A stretch of 64,000 bases of DNA from Sphingopyxis sp. (GCA_002733865.1 NVXM01000010.1:49953-113952), one strand, 5' to 3'. Counted from the first letter of the stretch, positions 1 to 10,242 are shown. A program made the numbers and translations. The notes: a model not told the origin generated them from the letters alone.

Positions 1-586
1 CTGCGCGCCCGATGCTGATGACGACGCCAAGGCGATCTTTGCCAAGAAGAAAAATCTCCGCCTGCTGCTGACCGGCGAATTGCCCGATCCGGCCCGCACC
101 GGCATGAATGTCAAGAATATCGCAGGCGGCTATCTGCTGCAGACCCGCGACAATGGCCAGATCTCGCGCGATGACCTGAAATGCGTGACCGAGCGCGAGC
201 CGAGCGAACAGGAACTGGCCGACTGCCTGTTCGCCTGGACGGTTGCCAAACATGTCAAATCCAATGCAATTGTTTACGCCAAGGACGGAGCAACGGCAGG
301 CGTCGGCGCCGGCCAGATGAACCGCCTGGAATCCGCGCGGATCGCTGCGTGGAAAGCCAAGGATGCAGCGGAAAAAGCCGGTTGGGACGAGTCCCGCACC
401 ATCGGGTCGTCCGTCGCCTCGGACGCTTTCTTCCCCTTTGCCGACGGCCTGATGACTGCGGTCGAGGCCGGTGCGACGGCCGTGATCCAGCCCGGCGGCT
501 CGATCCGCGACGACGAAGTCATCGCCGCCGCCGATGAAGCGGGTCTGGCGATGCTGTTTACCGGCATGCGGCACTTTAGGCATTAG
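1..586 (+). CDS. purH: Bifunctional AICAR transformylase/IMP cyclohydrolase, 5' part outside window
   Basis: C-terminal motifs [43 protein letters not shown]. Confidence 0.97.
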   Translation, partial: CAPDADDDAKAIFAKKKNLRLLLTGELPDPARTGMNVKNIAGGYLLQTRDNGQISRDDLKCVTEREPSEQELADCLFAWTVAKHVKSNAIVYAKDGATAGVGAGQMNRLESARIAAWKAKDAAEKAGWDESRTIGSSVASDAFFPFADGLMTAVEAGATAVIQPGGSIRDDEVIAAADEAGLAMLFTGMRHFRH

Positions 587-593
587 GGTCTCT

Positions 594-714
594 TCCCCTC
601 TCCCGTATGGGTGAGGGTGCACTGCGCTTCAGATTGAGGAACACCCTCATCCAAGTCCGCCTAATCCGCTTCGCGAATAAGGCTCCCTATCCTTCTCCCT
701 CACGGGAGAAGGGA
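594..714. repeat. Intergenic palindromic REP-like element; may also act as a terminator
   Basis: tcccctctcccgtatgggtgaggg at the left end; ccttctccc-tcac-gggagaagg hairpin at 691-712. Confidence 0.55.
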
Positions 715-727
715 TTGATAAAAGGAA

Positions 728-1018
728 ATGGCAAAAAAATCCCTCATCCCCCCTCGTGATCAATTACTGGCGTTGGTCAAAAACGGCGAGCTGACCGTGA
801 AAGTCACGCCCAACGCAGGAGAAAATAGCATCAGCCTTCCGCCAGAAAACGGATCGGACGGCCTGTTGCTGGTCCGCGTAACCGCTACGCCCGAGAACGG
901 TAAGGCCAATGCGGCGGTGATAAAGCTGCTCTCGAAAGCCCTCGGCCTCCCTAAAACATCGCTGGCAGTCATCCGCGGCGGGACCAGCCGAACCAAGGTT
1001 ATCGCTATTTCGGGCTGA
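728..1018 (+). CDS. DUF167/YggU family protein
   Basis: VKVTPNA...VRVTATPENGKANAAVIKLLSKALG...GGTSRTK; AAGGA RBS. Confidence 0.9.
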   Translation: MAKKSLIPPRDQLLALVKNGELTVKVTPNAGENSISLPPENGSDGLLLVRVTATPENGKANAAVIKLLSKALGLPKTSLAVIRGGTSRTKVIAISG

Positions 1019-1065
1019 GGATAGCACCCCTGCCTGCGCAGGGGCACAATGAGTCGCAAGCCCCC

Positions 1066-1142
1066 GTGCTCCGCACTCGATGCGGAGCCCTGCGCCGTAA
1101 AATGGGAAATATCGCTAAAGCTCCACCTCAACGGCGGAGCAC
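1066..1142. repeat. REP-like doublet, family A (gtgctccgc...gcggagc / ctcc...gcggagcac)
   Basis: Same motif recurs at 59717, 60409, 61379, 62279, 63590. Confidence 0.75.
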
Positions 1143-1147
1143 GAACA

Positions 1148-1555
1148 TCACTCCGGCGTAGCAGCCTGAGCGTTCTGGCCGTCGCCTTCGGGAGCGGCGA
1201 TGATGTCGCGGGTTACGCTGCCCTTGTCGACGGTGAATGTTTCCGGATCACCAACCGAGGAACGAATCCCGGCGTCCGAGCTGCCAGCCTGATCGACGAT
1301 TGCCGATTCGGTGATGCTGCGCGATTGGGGGCCGCCGAACATGGCCTCCAGGGTCTGCTGTTGCAGGCCACCGGTTTGCGGCCGAGGCTGACCGGGCTGT
1401 GGCGGGGTCAGTGTGAAATCGGGCGGGATGACCAGCGGAGGCTGGCGCGAAACCGCAAATTCGTCGGGCCGATCCCGGTCAAATAGACCGGTCGAACCAC
1501 AAGCCGTCAGGCTGGCCAGCGAAAGAAGGCTGATGGCGACGGTGGATTTACGCAT
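1148..1555 (-). CDS. DUF3035-like lipoprotein
   Basis: Lipobox LTAC; PDEFAVSRQPPLVIPPDFTL motif; follows lspA. Confidence 0.85.
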   Translation of the reverse strand: MRKSTVAISLLSLASLTACGSTGLFDRDRPDEFAVSRQPPLVIPPDFTLTPPQPGQPRPQTGGLQQQTLEAMFGGPQSRSITESAIVDQAGSSDAGIRSSVGDPETFTVDKGSVTRDIIAAPEGDGQNAQAATPE

Positions 1556-1610
1556 GATGATATCCCTCAAAAATCTCTTACGGAGCCTGATAGCGCGCTC
1601 CTGACACAGG

Positions 1611-2144
1611 TCAACTTTCGTCAAGCTGAACATCGTCTTTTGTCTGATCCGTCTTTTCGCGAATAAGCAGCGCCCGCGCAAGCAGGATTACGACACCGAT
1701 GCTGATACAGGCGTCGGCCAGATTGAAAATCAGGAACGGTCGAAAATCGCCGAAATGCAGATCGGCAAAGTCCGCGACATAGCCGAGGCGCGCCCGATCC
1801 ACGATATTGCCCATCGCGCCACCCAGAATCATGCTCAGCGCGACAATGTCCCATTTGGCCTTTTCCCGGCGCATCCAGATGAAGACGGCGACACCGATCA
1901 GGCCGGTCAGCGCGACCAGCGCCCAGCGCTGAAAGTCGGTCGAAGCCGTGAGAAAGCCCATCGAAACCCCGTAATTTTCCGCCCAGGTCAGGTTGAAAAA
2001 GGGCATCAGCTCAATCTGCTGTCTGGTGGGCAGCTGCAGCGGCTCCATCACCAGAAATTTGCTCAGCTGATCAAGCGCAAAAATCAGAAAGGCAATGACC
2101 AGCCCGGCGCGGCGGTATTTCTTGATCTGGTCGGCGTTGGTCAT
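1611..2144 (-). CDS. lspA: Lipoprotein signal peptidase II
   Basis: DQLSK, NYGVSMG, GGAMGNIVDR, FNLADACI motifs; downstream of ileS. Confidence 0.96.
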   Translation of the reverse strand: MTNADQIKKYRRAGLVIAFLIFALDQLSKFLVMEPLQLPTRQQIELMPFFNLTWAENYGVSMGFLTASTDFQRWALVALTGLIGVAVFIWMRREKAKWDIVALSMILGGAMGNIVDRARLGYVADFADLHFGDFRPFLIFNLADACISIGVVILLARALLIREKTDQTKDDVQLDES

Positions 2145-2206
2145 ATCAAAATCCGTTCCAAACAGCACCATCGTGAAAGAGAGAATCGTCATCGTGAAAC
2201 AGAGGA

Positions 2207-2288
2207 TCGTCATCCTGAACTCGTTTCAGGATCCCTCTCGCCAGAGCGCCATGCCTGAAGGGATCCTGAAACGAGTTCAGGATGACGA
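2207..2288. repeat. REP-like element, family B; perfect 30-bp inverted repeat
   Basis: tcgtcatcctgaactcgtttcaggatccct ... agggatcctgaaacgagttcaggatgacga. Confidence 0.9.
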
Positions 2289-2303
2289 GTGAGTGCGCAT
2301 CAC

Positions 2304-5300
2304 TCATTCCGCCAAAACCTCCGCACAACGATCGCACAGCGCGCCATCCTCTTCCACGTCCGGCAGCAACCGCCAGCAGCGACCGCATTTGTGGTTGTCG
2401 GTTTTGCTCACGCTGATTTCCGCACCATCACTGACATCCGCTACAATCGCCAGTTCGGCAAATTCATCGGTGCTGATCGGCAGATCGTCCATCGGATAGA
2501 CAACTTCCGCTTCGAGGCTGGAGCGGATCGTCTTTTCCCGCCGCAACGGTTCGATCGCTTCGGTGACCTTTTCCCGCGCATCGCGAATCTTCTGCCATTT
2601 CCCGGCAAGATCGGCATCGGTCCAACCAGCATCAACGTCCGGCCATTCCTTCAAATGGATCGAGTCATCCTCATCCGGGAACCGGCTCTGCCAGATCTCT
2701 TCGGCAGTAAACACCAGCACCGGCGCAATGTAACGGGTCAACGCGTGGAACAAGATATCCATCACCGTGCGATAGGCCATGCGTTTCGGATCATCCGGCG
2801 CATCGCAATAGAGGCAATCCTTGCGGATATCGAAGAAGAAGGCGCTCAGATCTTCCTGCGCAAAGGCATTGAGCACCCGCATGTAGGGACCAAAGGCAAA
2901 ATCGTTGACATGCCGCTTCAGCTCGGCGTCGACTTCGGCCAGCCGGTGGAGGATATAGCGTTCCAGCTCCGGCATATCGGCCACCGCCATCCGCTCGGCA
3001 TCGGTGAAGTCACCCAGTCCGCCCAGCATGTAGCGGAAGGTATTGCGCAGCTTCCGGTAGCTGTCCGAAACCCCCTTCAGGATTTCATCACCAATCCGGT
3101 GATCCTCGGTAAAATCGACACTCGCCGCCCACAGCCGCAAGATATCCGCGCCCTGCACGTCGATGATCTTTTTCGGATCGAGCGTATTGCCGAGCGACTT
3201 CGACATTTTCTTGCCACTCTTGTCGAGCGTCATGCCATGGGTCAGCACCGCCTTGTAGGGCGCCCGCCCGCGCGTGCCGCAGCTTTCGAGCAGGCTCGAC
3301 TGGAACCAGCCGCGATGCTGGTCGCTGCCTTCCAGATAGAGGTCCGCCGGCGACTGCTGCTCCGGCCATTTGCCGCTCTCCAGCACAAAGGCATGGGTGC
3401 AGCCGCTGTCGAACCAGACGTCGAGAATATCGGTGATCACCTCATAATCGTCGAGCGCATGGTCGTTGCCGAGGAAATCCTGATGATTGGCATTGAACCA
3501 GGCATCGGCCCCGCCGGTCTTGAACGCTTCGATGATCCGCGCATTGACCGCCGGGTCATTGAGATATTCGCCGCTCTTGCGATCAACATAAAGCGCAATC
3601 GGCACGCCCCACGCCCGCTGGCGCGACAAGACCCAGTCGGGCCGGCCCTCGACCATCGATTCCAGCCGCCGCCGCCCGCGCTCCGGCACAAAGCGCACCT
3701 TGTTGCGAATTTCGTCCAGCGCGACATCGCGGAGCGTCGGATTGTCCGTTAGCCCTGAGCTTGTCGAAGGGCCTGCGTCTGCCGCCTGTGTCTCGACTTC
3801 GCTCGACACGAACGGTACTGTTTTGCCCCCATCCCCGTTCGCATCGAGCGAAGTCGAGATGCCATGGGGCAGAGGTCTATCCATCGGCACAAACCACTGC
3901 GGCGTGCAGCGATAGATGATCTTCGCTTTCGACCGCCAGCTGTGCGGATAGCTATGGGTAAAATCAGCGCTGGCCGAGAGCAGACCACCCGCCTCGCGCA
4001 AATCCGAACAGATCGGACCGTCCGGGCCGTTGAAATTCTTGTTGATCACCCCGCCGGAACGCTCGTCGCCGCGCGGCAGCCATTCCCAGTCCTCGCGATA
4101 GACGCCATCCGCCTCGACCGCGAACACCGGATTGATGCCATTGGCCTTGCACAGAAGGAAATCATCCTCGCCATGGTCAGGCGACATATGCACCAGCCCG
4201 GTACCGGCATCGGTGGTGACGAAGTCCGAGCCATCGAGGAACGGGCGCGGCTTGGTGTAGAATTCGCTGTCCGGAAATTTGTCGGCCATTGGGTGCTTTG
4301 CGGTGGTTCCGGCAAGTTCGGAGCCTTTCAATGCATAAACTTTTTTGATTTGAGTAGCCAAGCTGACTTCTCGACCCAATTCCTTGGAAACGGCTAGATC
4401 TAAGCGATCAAAAAACTGACCACGAAGCTTAGAAGCAATTAGCAATGTTTTGTTTTTGAGCACTTCCCAAGTTGGAGAAGCTTTGTCCTCGGGCATATTC
4501 ATTGACGGAACTATGTCACGAGCAAAATGACCACCTTGTAGCTCGACAACATCGTAGGAAATGTCCGCCCCATAAGCGAGCGCCTGATTGACCGGGATCG
4601 TCCAAGGCGTGGTCGTCCAGATCACCGCCCGCGCGCCTTCCAACTCAGGAGCCAACGGACATTTATCAATCTCGAACGCCACATCAATCTGCGTCGAGAC
4701 AATATCCTCATATTCCACCTCGGCCTCGGCCAGCGCGGTCTTCTCGACCGGCGACCACATCACCGGCTTGGCACCGCGATAGAGCTGCCCCGCTTCGGCG
4801 AATTTCAGCAGCTCGGCAACAATCGCCGCCTCGGCGTCATAATCCATCGTCAGATAGGGCTTGTCCCACTGGCCCATCACGCCCAGCCGCTTGAATTCCT
4901 CGCGCTGGACGTCGACCCATTTGTCCGCATAGGTCCGGCATTCGGCGCGGAATTCGCTGGCCGGGACCTCGTCCTTGTTGCGCTTCTTCTTGCGATATTC
5001 TTCCTCGATCTTCCACTCGATCGGCAGGCCGTGGCAATCCCAGCCCGGAACATAGGGCGCGTCCTTGCCGAGCAAGGACTGCGAGCGGACCACCAGATCC
5101 TTCAGCGTCTTGTTGAGGCTGTGGCCGATATGAATATTGCCATTGGCATAAGGCGGGCCGTCATGCAGAATGAATTTCTCGCGCCCAGCCCGCGCTTCGC
5201 GCAGCTTTTCATAGAGACCAATCTTCTGCCAGTGCGCCAGAATCGCCGGTTCCTTCTGGGCAAGGCCGGCTTTCATCGGGAAATCGGTTTTCGGCAGGAA

Positions 5301-5336
5301 AACCGTGTCTTTATAATCTGCTTTGGGATCGGTCAT
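2304..5336 (-). CDS. ileS: Isoleucine--tRNA ligase
   Basis: HDGPPYANGNIHIGH (HIGH), WTTTPWT editing motif, KMSKS, C-terminal CGRCW...CDRC zinc site. Confidence 0.98.
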   Translation of the reverse strand: MTDPKADYKDTVFLPKTDFPMKAGLAQKEPAILAHWQKIGLYEKLREARAGREKFILHDGPPYANGNIHIGHSLNKTLKDLVVRSQSLLGKDAPYVPGWDCHGLPIEWKIEEEYRKKKRNKDEVPASEFRAECRTYADKWVDVQREEFKRLGVMGQWDKPYLTMDYDAEAAIVAELLKFAEAGQLYRGAKPVMWSPVEKTALAEAEVEYEDIVSTQIDVAFEIDKCPLAPELEGARAVIWTTTPWTIPVNQALAYGADISYDVVELQGGHFARDIVPSMNMPEDKASPTWEVLKNKTLLIASKLRGQFFDRLDLAVSKELGREVSLATQIKKVYALKGSELAGTTAKHPMADKFPDSEFYTKPRPFLDGSDFVTTDAGTGLVHMSPDHGEDDFLLCKANGINPVFAVEADGVYREDWEWLPRGDERSGGVINKNFNGPDGPICSDLREAGGLLSASADFTHSYPHSWRSKAKIIYRCTPQWFVPMDRPLPHGISTSLDANGDGGKTVPFVSSEVETQAADAGPSTSSGLTDNPTLRDVALDEIRNKVRFVPERGRRRLESMVEGRPDWVLSRQRAWGVPIALYVDRKSGEYLNDPAVNARIIEAFKTGGADAWFNANHQDFLGNDHALDDYEVITDILDVWFDSGCTHAFVLESGKWPEQQSPADLYLEGSDQHRGWFQSSLLESCGTRGRAPYKAVLTHGMTLDKSGKKMSKSLGNTLDPKKIIDVQGADILRLWAASVDFTEDHRIGDEILKGVSDSYRKLRNTFRYMLGGLGDFTDAERMAVADMPELERYILHRLAEVDAELKRHVNDFAFGPYMRVLNAFAQEDLSAFFFDIRKDCLYCDAPDDPKRMAYRTVMDILFHALTRYIAPVLVFTAEEIWQSRFPDEDDSIHLKEWPDVDAGWTDADLAGKWQKIRDAREKVTEAIEPLRREKTIRSSLEAEVVYPMDDLPISTDEFAELAIVADVSDGAEISVSKTDNHKCGRCWRLLPDVEEDGALCDRCAEVLAE
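3746..3862. repeat. REP-like elements (families C and D) inserted in-frame in ileS
   Basis: ccgttagccctgagcttgtcgaagggc plus inverted pair gtgtctcgacttcgctcgacacgaacgg / ccgttcgcatcgagcgaagtcgagat; the same motifs occur intergenically. Confidence 0.85.
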
Positions 5337-5408
5337 GACCGCGGGGATTAGGGGAGGCGAGGCGCCGGTGCAAGCGGGATTTGTGCGCTGCGAGAGCCTT
5401 CCATCGGC

Positions 5409-5494
5409 TTCGTCATTGCGAGGGCTGAAAGCCCGCGGCAATCCAGTGCGGCAAGCGACGCCCTGGATTGCTTCGCTGCGCTCGCAATGACGAA
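5409..5494. repeat. REP-like palindromic element, family E (cgtcattgcgag...ctcgcaatgacg)
   Basis: Terminal IR ttcgtcattgcgag / ctcgcaatgacgaa with inner gcaatccag / ctggattgc. Confidence 0.85.
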
Positions 5495-5561
5495 CAGTGC
5501 TGACTAAACCAGCAACACTCGCTGCAATCCTGTTGCCTTTCTACCATTGGTGTTCTGAAAA

Positions 5562-5632
5562 CGGTTCGTGGTGAGCCTGTCGAACCACGCCTCTCGTCGC
5601 AAGGTGCCCTTCGACAAGCTCAGGGCTAACGG
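5562..5632. repeat. REP-like doublet, family D (gagcctgtcgaa / ttcgacaagctcagg)
   Basis: Inverted pair; right arm is the reverse complement of the copy inside ileS at 3746-3772. Confidence 0.8.
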
Positions 5633-5660
5633 CAGCGCAGCTCACCACCAACGGATATTG

Positions 5661-6584
5661 CTAGTCCAACAGTTGCCGCGCCCGCTCGCAATCCCGCTCC
5701 ATTTGTACCTTCAGCGCCTCCAGATCATCAAACTTCTGCTCTCCGCGCAGAAAATGGTGCAGCTCGACCTCGATCGTCTGCCCATAAAGATCTTCGGAAA
5801 AATCAAAGAAATAGGGCTCGAGCAATTCCTTCGGCGGATCAAAGCTCGGCCGGATCCCCAGATTGGCCGCACCATTCAGCACCCTCCCGTCGGGCAGGCG
5901 GCCCTTCACGGCATAGATGCCATATTGCGGGCGCAGATATTGGCCGATATCGACATTGGCTGTCGGATACCCCAGCAAGCGGCCATTTTTGTCGCCATGA
6001 ATGACTTCGCCCCGGATCGCGAAAGGCCGGGTCAGCAACCGGTTCGCTTCCTCGCAATGCCCCTCTTTCAGCGCTGCCCGAATCCGGCTCGACGAGATTA
6101 CATCATCGCTGTCGCTGATCGCGCTAACCGCCTCGCTGTTCAGCCCATGGGTCGCCCCGACTTCACGCAGCAGATCGATATTGCCCTTGGCCCCTTTGCC
6201 AAAGGTGAAATCCGCTCCGGTGACCACGCCCGCTGCGCCAAAGCGGTCAATCAGCAGATCAGTGATGAAGTTCTCCGCCGTCGTGCCCGCCAGCGCCGCA
6301 TTAAATTCAAATACCAGCATTGCGCTGGCTCCCGCATCGGCGAACAGCCGCTGCCGCTGGTCCAGCGACGTCAGCCGAAACGGTGGCAGGTCGGGCTTGA
6401 AGAAGCGCACCGGATGCGGATCGAAGGTTGCGATAATCGCCGGGCGACCTTCTTCCCGCGCCCAGTTCAGCGCCTTGCCCGCCACCGCCTGATGACCGAA
6501 ATGAAAGCCATCAAAATTGCCGAGCGCAATGATCGCCCCGCGCAGGTCGCCTTCGATCCGGTCTTTTCCGTTCAGTCTGATCAT
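5661..6584 (-). CDS. ribF: Riboflavin kinase/FAD synthetase
   Basis: GNFDGFHFGHQ, ISSSRIR, GYPTAN motifs; ribF-ileS-lspA order. Confidence 0.96.
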   Translation of the reverse strand: MIRLNGKDRIEGDLRGAIIALGNFDGFHFGHQAVAGKALNWAREEGRPAIIATFDPHPVRFFKPDLPPFRLTSLDQRQRLFADAGASAMLVFEFNAALAGTTAENFITDLLIDRFGAAGVVTGADFTFGKGAKGNIDLLREVGATHGLNSEAVSAISDSDDVISSSRIRAALKEGHCEEANRLLTRPFAIRGEVIHGDKNGRLLGYPTANVDIGQYLRPQYGIYAVKGRLPDGRVLNGAANLGIRPSFDPPKELLEPYFFDFSEDLYGQTIEVELHHFLRGEQKFDDLEALKVQMERDCERARQLLD

Positions 6585-6649
6585 CGGATCGCTATTGCGG
6601 GCTTTTGCATTTCATTCAACCAGTTCGTAGCGCCAGCGCAGGCAGGCGC

Positions 6650-7909
6650 CTACTCGGTAACCAGTTCGCGGGCATCGGTGCCGGGCTTGACCACGAGCGG
6701 TGTCTCCGGTGTGACGGCACCCTGCGGCACAACGCCGGGTTTCGGCAGCGGCTCAATTCCTGCCTTGATCACCCGCAACGCATTGAGTCCCATCACCGCG
6801 CGGATTTCCGCTTTGGTGAATCCGGCATCCATCAGCGCCTGTGTAATCTGGACCGCGCCGCTGGTGTCGAATCGCGTCGTCACAGCGCCATCAAAATCGC
6901 TGCCCAGCGCAACATGCTCAATGCCGACCAGATCGCGGACATGCTTGACTGCCTTGGCCACGGTCTTGGGATCGGTATCGCACATCGCACCATCCCAGTA
7001 ACCGAGCCCGATGACGCCGCCAGTCGCTGCCACGCCCTTGATTTCTGCATCGGTGAGGTTGCGATTGACCCCGCACACCGCCTGCACGCCGCCATGGCTG
7101 GAGACCACCGGACGTTTGACCATTTTCAGGATATCCGCCACCGTCGCATGGCTGCTATGGGCAATATCGACAATCATCCCCTTCTGCTCCATGTCGCGGA
7201 TGATGGTCTGGCCAAATTTGGTGAGCCCGCCCTTCTCCTCGCCGTGCATCGATCCGGCCAGTTCATTGTCGAAAAAATGCACGAGCCCCGCCATCCGCAT
7301 GCCCGAGTCATAAAGTTTCTGCAGATTTTCCCGCTTGCCTTCCAGTGTCTGCAGCCCTTCGGCCGAGAACATCACGCCAATCGGTTTCCCGGTCCGGGCG
7401 CGGAATTCGACGAGACCCTCGACATCGGCGGCATTGCTGATTTTTGCCAAGGCCCCGGCGCTGTCCTTTACCGCCCGGTCCAGCTTCTGCGCGTGATAGA
7501 GCTGCCGTTCGAGCAGCGAGAACCAGGTCCGGACCGGCTGCAACTGGCTGATCGCGAGCAATGTGATATTATCGGTATCGGCGCTGTTGCTGTCGTAATT
7601 CTGGCCTTTCGGGGTCTTCGTCACACTGGAAAAAACCTGCAGCCCGACATTGCCCTCTTCCAGGCGCTTGAGATCGATATGCCCATAGTCGGCGCTATCG
7701 GTAATCTTGCGCTTCCACAGCAATGTATCGCCGTGCAGATCGACGATCATCAGGCTGTCATGCAGCCTCTGCGCTTCGGCGCTAATCTCAGGGAGCGGCT
7801 TGCCGTCGACCATGTTGGTCTGCTTTTCGAACCAGGTCGGTCCGAAGATCAGAAAGGCAACGATCGCAATCGCAACGAGAGCCAGCAATGTCAGGATGAT
7901 TTTCTTCAA
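6650..7909 (-). CDS. Membrane dipeptidase (peptidase M19)
   Basis: DLHGD, AEG, VDIAH, SSH, GSDFDG motifs; N-terminal TM anchor. Confidence 0.9.
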   Translation of the reverse strand: MKKIILTLLALVAIAIVAFLIFGPTWFEKQTNMVDGKPLPEISAEAQRLHDSLMIVDLHGDTLLWKRKITDSADYGHIDLKRLEEGNVGLQVFSSVTKTPKGQNYDSNSADTDNITLLAISQLQPVRTWFSLLERQLYHAQKLDRAVKDSAGALAKISNAADVEGLVEFRARTGKPIGVMFSAEGLQTLEGKRENLQKLYDSGMRMAGLVHFFDNELAGSMHGEEKGGLTKFGQTIIRDMEQKGMIVDIAHSSHATVADILKMVKRPVVSSHGGVQAVCGVNRNLTDAEIKGVAATGGVIGLGYWDGAMCDTDPKTVAKAVKHVRDLVGIEHVALGSDFDGAVTTRFDTSGAVQITQALMDAGFTKAEIRAVMGLNALRVIKAGIEPLPKPGVVPQGAVTPETPLVVKPGTDARELVTE

Positions 7910-8400
7910 GGCAGCCTCCGTTTCAGCGTTACGAAGCTGTAGCCGGGCTTGCCGTTTTTCGGGTCATGATCTTCGCGCGCAACTTCCTGCCAGACCGCTT
8001 TGTCAAAGGCTGGCATCGTGGTATCGCCGACCGGCTCGCTATGCACTTCGGTCAGCTCGATCTTGTCGGCCTTGTTCAGAAACGCCTTGTATATCTCCGC
8101 GCCCCCGATCACCGCGATATGCGGTGCATTGGCCATTTTTAGTGCGTCTTCCACGCTGCTTGCAACGTCAGCGCCATCGCCTTCCCAGCTATCGTCGCGA
8201 CTGAGCACGATGTGGCGCCGCCCGGGCAGCAGACCGGGCAGGCTGTCAAAGGTCTTGCGCCCCATGATCATAGGCTTGCCCATGGTCAGGCGCTTGAAAC
8301 GCCGCTGGTCTTCGGGGAGGTGCCAGGGGATGGTGTCGCCGTCACCGATCACCCCATTGTCGGCGCGAGCGAGAAAGAAGATGATTTCAGGATGGTTCAT
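7906..8400 (-). CDS. folA: Dihydrofolate reductase
   Basis: NGVIG..IPWHLPED, IMGRKTFDSL, LPGR, IGGAEIY. Confidence 0.96.
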   Translation of the reverse strand: MNHPEIIFFLARADNGVIGDGDTIPWHLPEDQRRFKRLTMGKPMIMGRKTFDSLPGLLPGRRHIVLSRDDSWEGDGADVASSVEDALKMANAPHIAVIGGAEIYKAFLNKADKIELTEVHSEPVGDTTMPAFDKAVWQEVAREDHDPKNGKPGYSFVTLKRRLP

Positions 8401-8435
8401 GCGCGACGACTAGCGCAGTTCCGGCAGACTGCAAA

Positions 8436-9506
8436 TTAGAAATATAATTTGGTGACATGACCCATTTTCCGGCCCGGTCGGCTGACGCCCTTGCCGTAGA
8501 TATGCAGGTGATTGGCGTCGTCTGCCAGCAGCGCTTGCCAGTCATCCGCTTGCGCGCCGATCAGGTTGTGCATTTCCACCCGCTTCGCTGCGAGACTTGT
8601 GTCGCCCAGAGGCAGGCCACATATCGCCCTGATATGATTCTCGAACTGGCTGGTGACCGCGCCTTCGATCGTCCAGTGGCCGCTGTTGTGCACCCGGGGC
8701 GCCATCTCATTGAATATCGGTCCGTCATCGGTCGCAAAAAATTCGCATGTGAGCACGCCGACATAGTTCATTGTTTCCGCCATCTGCGCGGCGAGGTCAC
8801 GAGCAGCATCCTGCTGTTGCAAGATCGGGTCGGGGGCAGGGGCGACCGATGCCGCCAATATGCCGTCTTCGTGACGATTGTGCGGCGTATCCCAAAAGCG
8901 GATTTCGCCATCCTGCGCGCGAACCAATATCACCGAAAATTCATGGCTGAACGAGACGAACCCTTCTGCGACACAGGGCTGATGCCCGACGGCATCCCAA
9001 TGCTGGTCGAGATCGTCGCCGGGCTGGATCCGCGACTGCCCCTTGCCGTCATAGCCCATGCGAATAGTCTTGAGGATCGCCGGTGCGCCAATTTCGGCAA
9101 TCGCCCGCTCCAGTGACGGTCGGTCGCTGACTTCGGCAAAGGGCGCGGTGGTGCCACGATGATCGCGAGCGAAATTTTTCTCGGCGACCCGGTTCTGTGC
9201 GATGTCCAGCGCGGCGATCGGCGGATGCAGCGGCGCGCAGTTCTCGATCTCGTGCAGCGGGCCGACCGGCACATTTTCAAATTCGAAGGTGATGACATCG
9301 CAGCTCTCGGCGAAGCGTGTCAGGGATCCGATATCTTCGTCCAGCGCGCAGGTAAATTCTGCCGCAACTTCTGCGGCGACGCTATTGGCATCGGCGGCGT
9401 AAATATGGCACCGGTAGCCGAGCTGTGCTGCCGCCACGCTGAGCATCCGGCCCAGCTGGCCGCCGCCCAATATGCCAATGGTCGATCCTGGGGGAAGTGG
9501 TTTCAT
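8436..9506 (-). CDS. purK: N5-CAIR synthase
   Basis: GGGQLGRM, GYDGKGQ, NEMAPRVHNSGH, RKMGH. Confidence 0.97.
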   Translation of the reverse strand: MKPLPPGSTIGILGGGQLGRMLSVAAAQLGYRCHIYAADANSVAAEVAAEFTCALDEDIGSLTRFAESCDVITFEFENVPVGPLHEIENCAPLHPPIAALDIAQNRVAEKNFARDHRGTTAPFAEVSDRPSLERAIAEIGAPAILKTIRMGYDGKGQSRIQPGDDLDQHWDAVGHQPCVAEGFVSFSHEFSVILVRAQDGEIRFWDTPHNRHEDGILAASVAPAPDPILQQQDAARDLAAQMAETMNYVGVLTCEFFATDDGPIFNEMAPRVHNSGHWTIEGAVTSQFENHIRAICGLPLGDTSLAAKRVEMHNLIGAQADDWQALLADDANHLHIYGKGVSRPGRKMGHVTKLYF

Positions 9507-9514
9507 GCGACTGT

Positions 9515-10018
9515 TTATACAGGCTCGTCGGCGACGGCTTCGCTCTGCGCGGCGCGCCATGCCTCCAGGCGCTCGGCCAGTGACGGGTCCGAATTGGCGA
9601 GGATAGCTGCTGCCAGCAAGGCCGCATTTTTAGCACCGGCATCGCCAATTGCCAGCGTGCCGACCGGAATGCCGGCAGGCATTTGTGCGATAGACAACAG
9701 GCTGTCCACGCCGCTCAGGGCCTTGGACTGAATCGGCACGCCAAGCACAGGAATCCGGGTCATCGATGCCGCCATGCCGGGCAGATGAGCCGCTCCGCCG
9801 GCGCCGGCAATAATCACTTTAAGGCCGCGTTCCGCTGCCGAAGTCGCATAGTCATACAGACGGCCTGGTGTCCGGTGAGCCGACACGATCTTCTGTTCAT
9901 GGGGTACGCCGAGTTCATTCAGGATATCGCTCGCAAGCTTCATCGTTGGCCAGTCGGACTGGCTGCCCATGATTATTCCAACGGGAGGAGGTGCTTCGAC
10001 CATTTTTGCCCCTGACAA
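9515..10018 (-). CDS. purE: N5-CAIR mutase
   Basis: [33 protein letters not shown]. Confidence 0.97.
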   Translation of the reverse strand: MSGAKMVEAPPPVGIIMGSQSDWPTMKLASDILNELGVPHEQKIVSAHRTPGRLYDYATSAAERGLKVIIAGAGGAAHLPGMAASMTRIPVLGVPIQSKALSGVDSLLSIAQMPAGIPVGTLAIGDAGAKNAALLAAAILANSDPSLAERLEAWRAAQSEAVADEPV

Positions 10019-10242
10019 ATGCTACGGAAGCGATGCGGTTTAGTCGGGAATCGGTGCCGACGCAATGACACATATTGCTTGTTAAGATTAGCGCCGGACA
10101 AGTTGTCGCTGGCTGGATTGTTAGAAACCTGCCTCAACTGATGCAGCACTTCGCAAGTAAGGCGCAAATAATCCGATAATCCTGTTGTGCTTTGAAATAT
10201 ATGTAAATATATGTCCGGAGACGACCGGGAATCGCAAATAAA

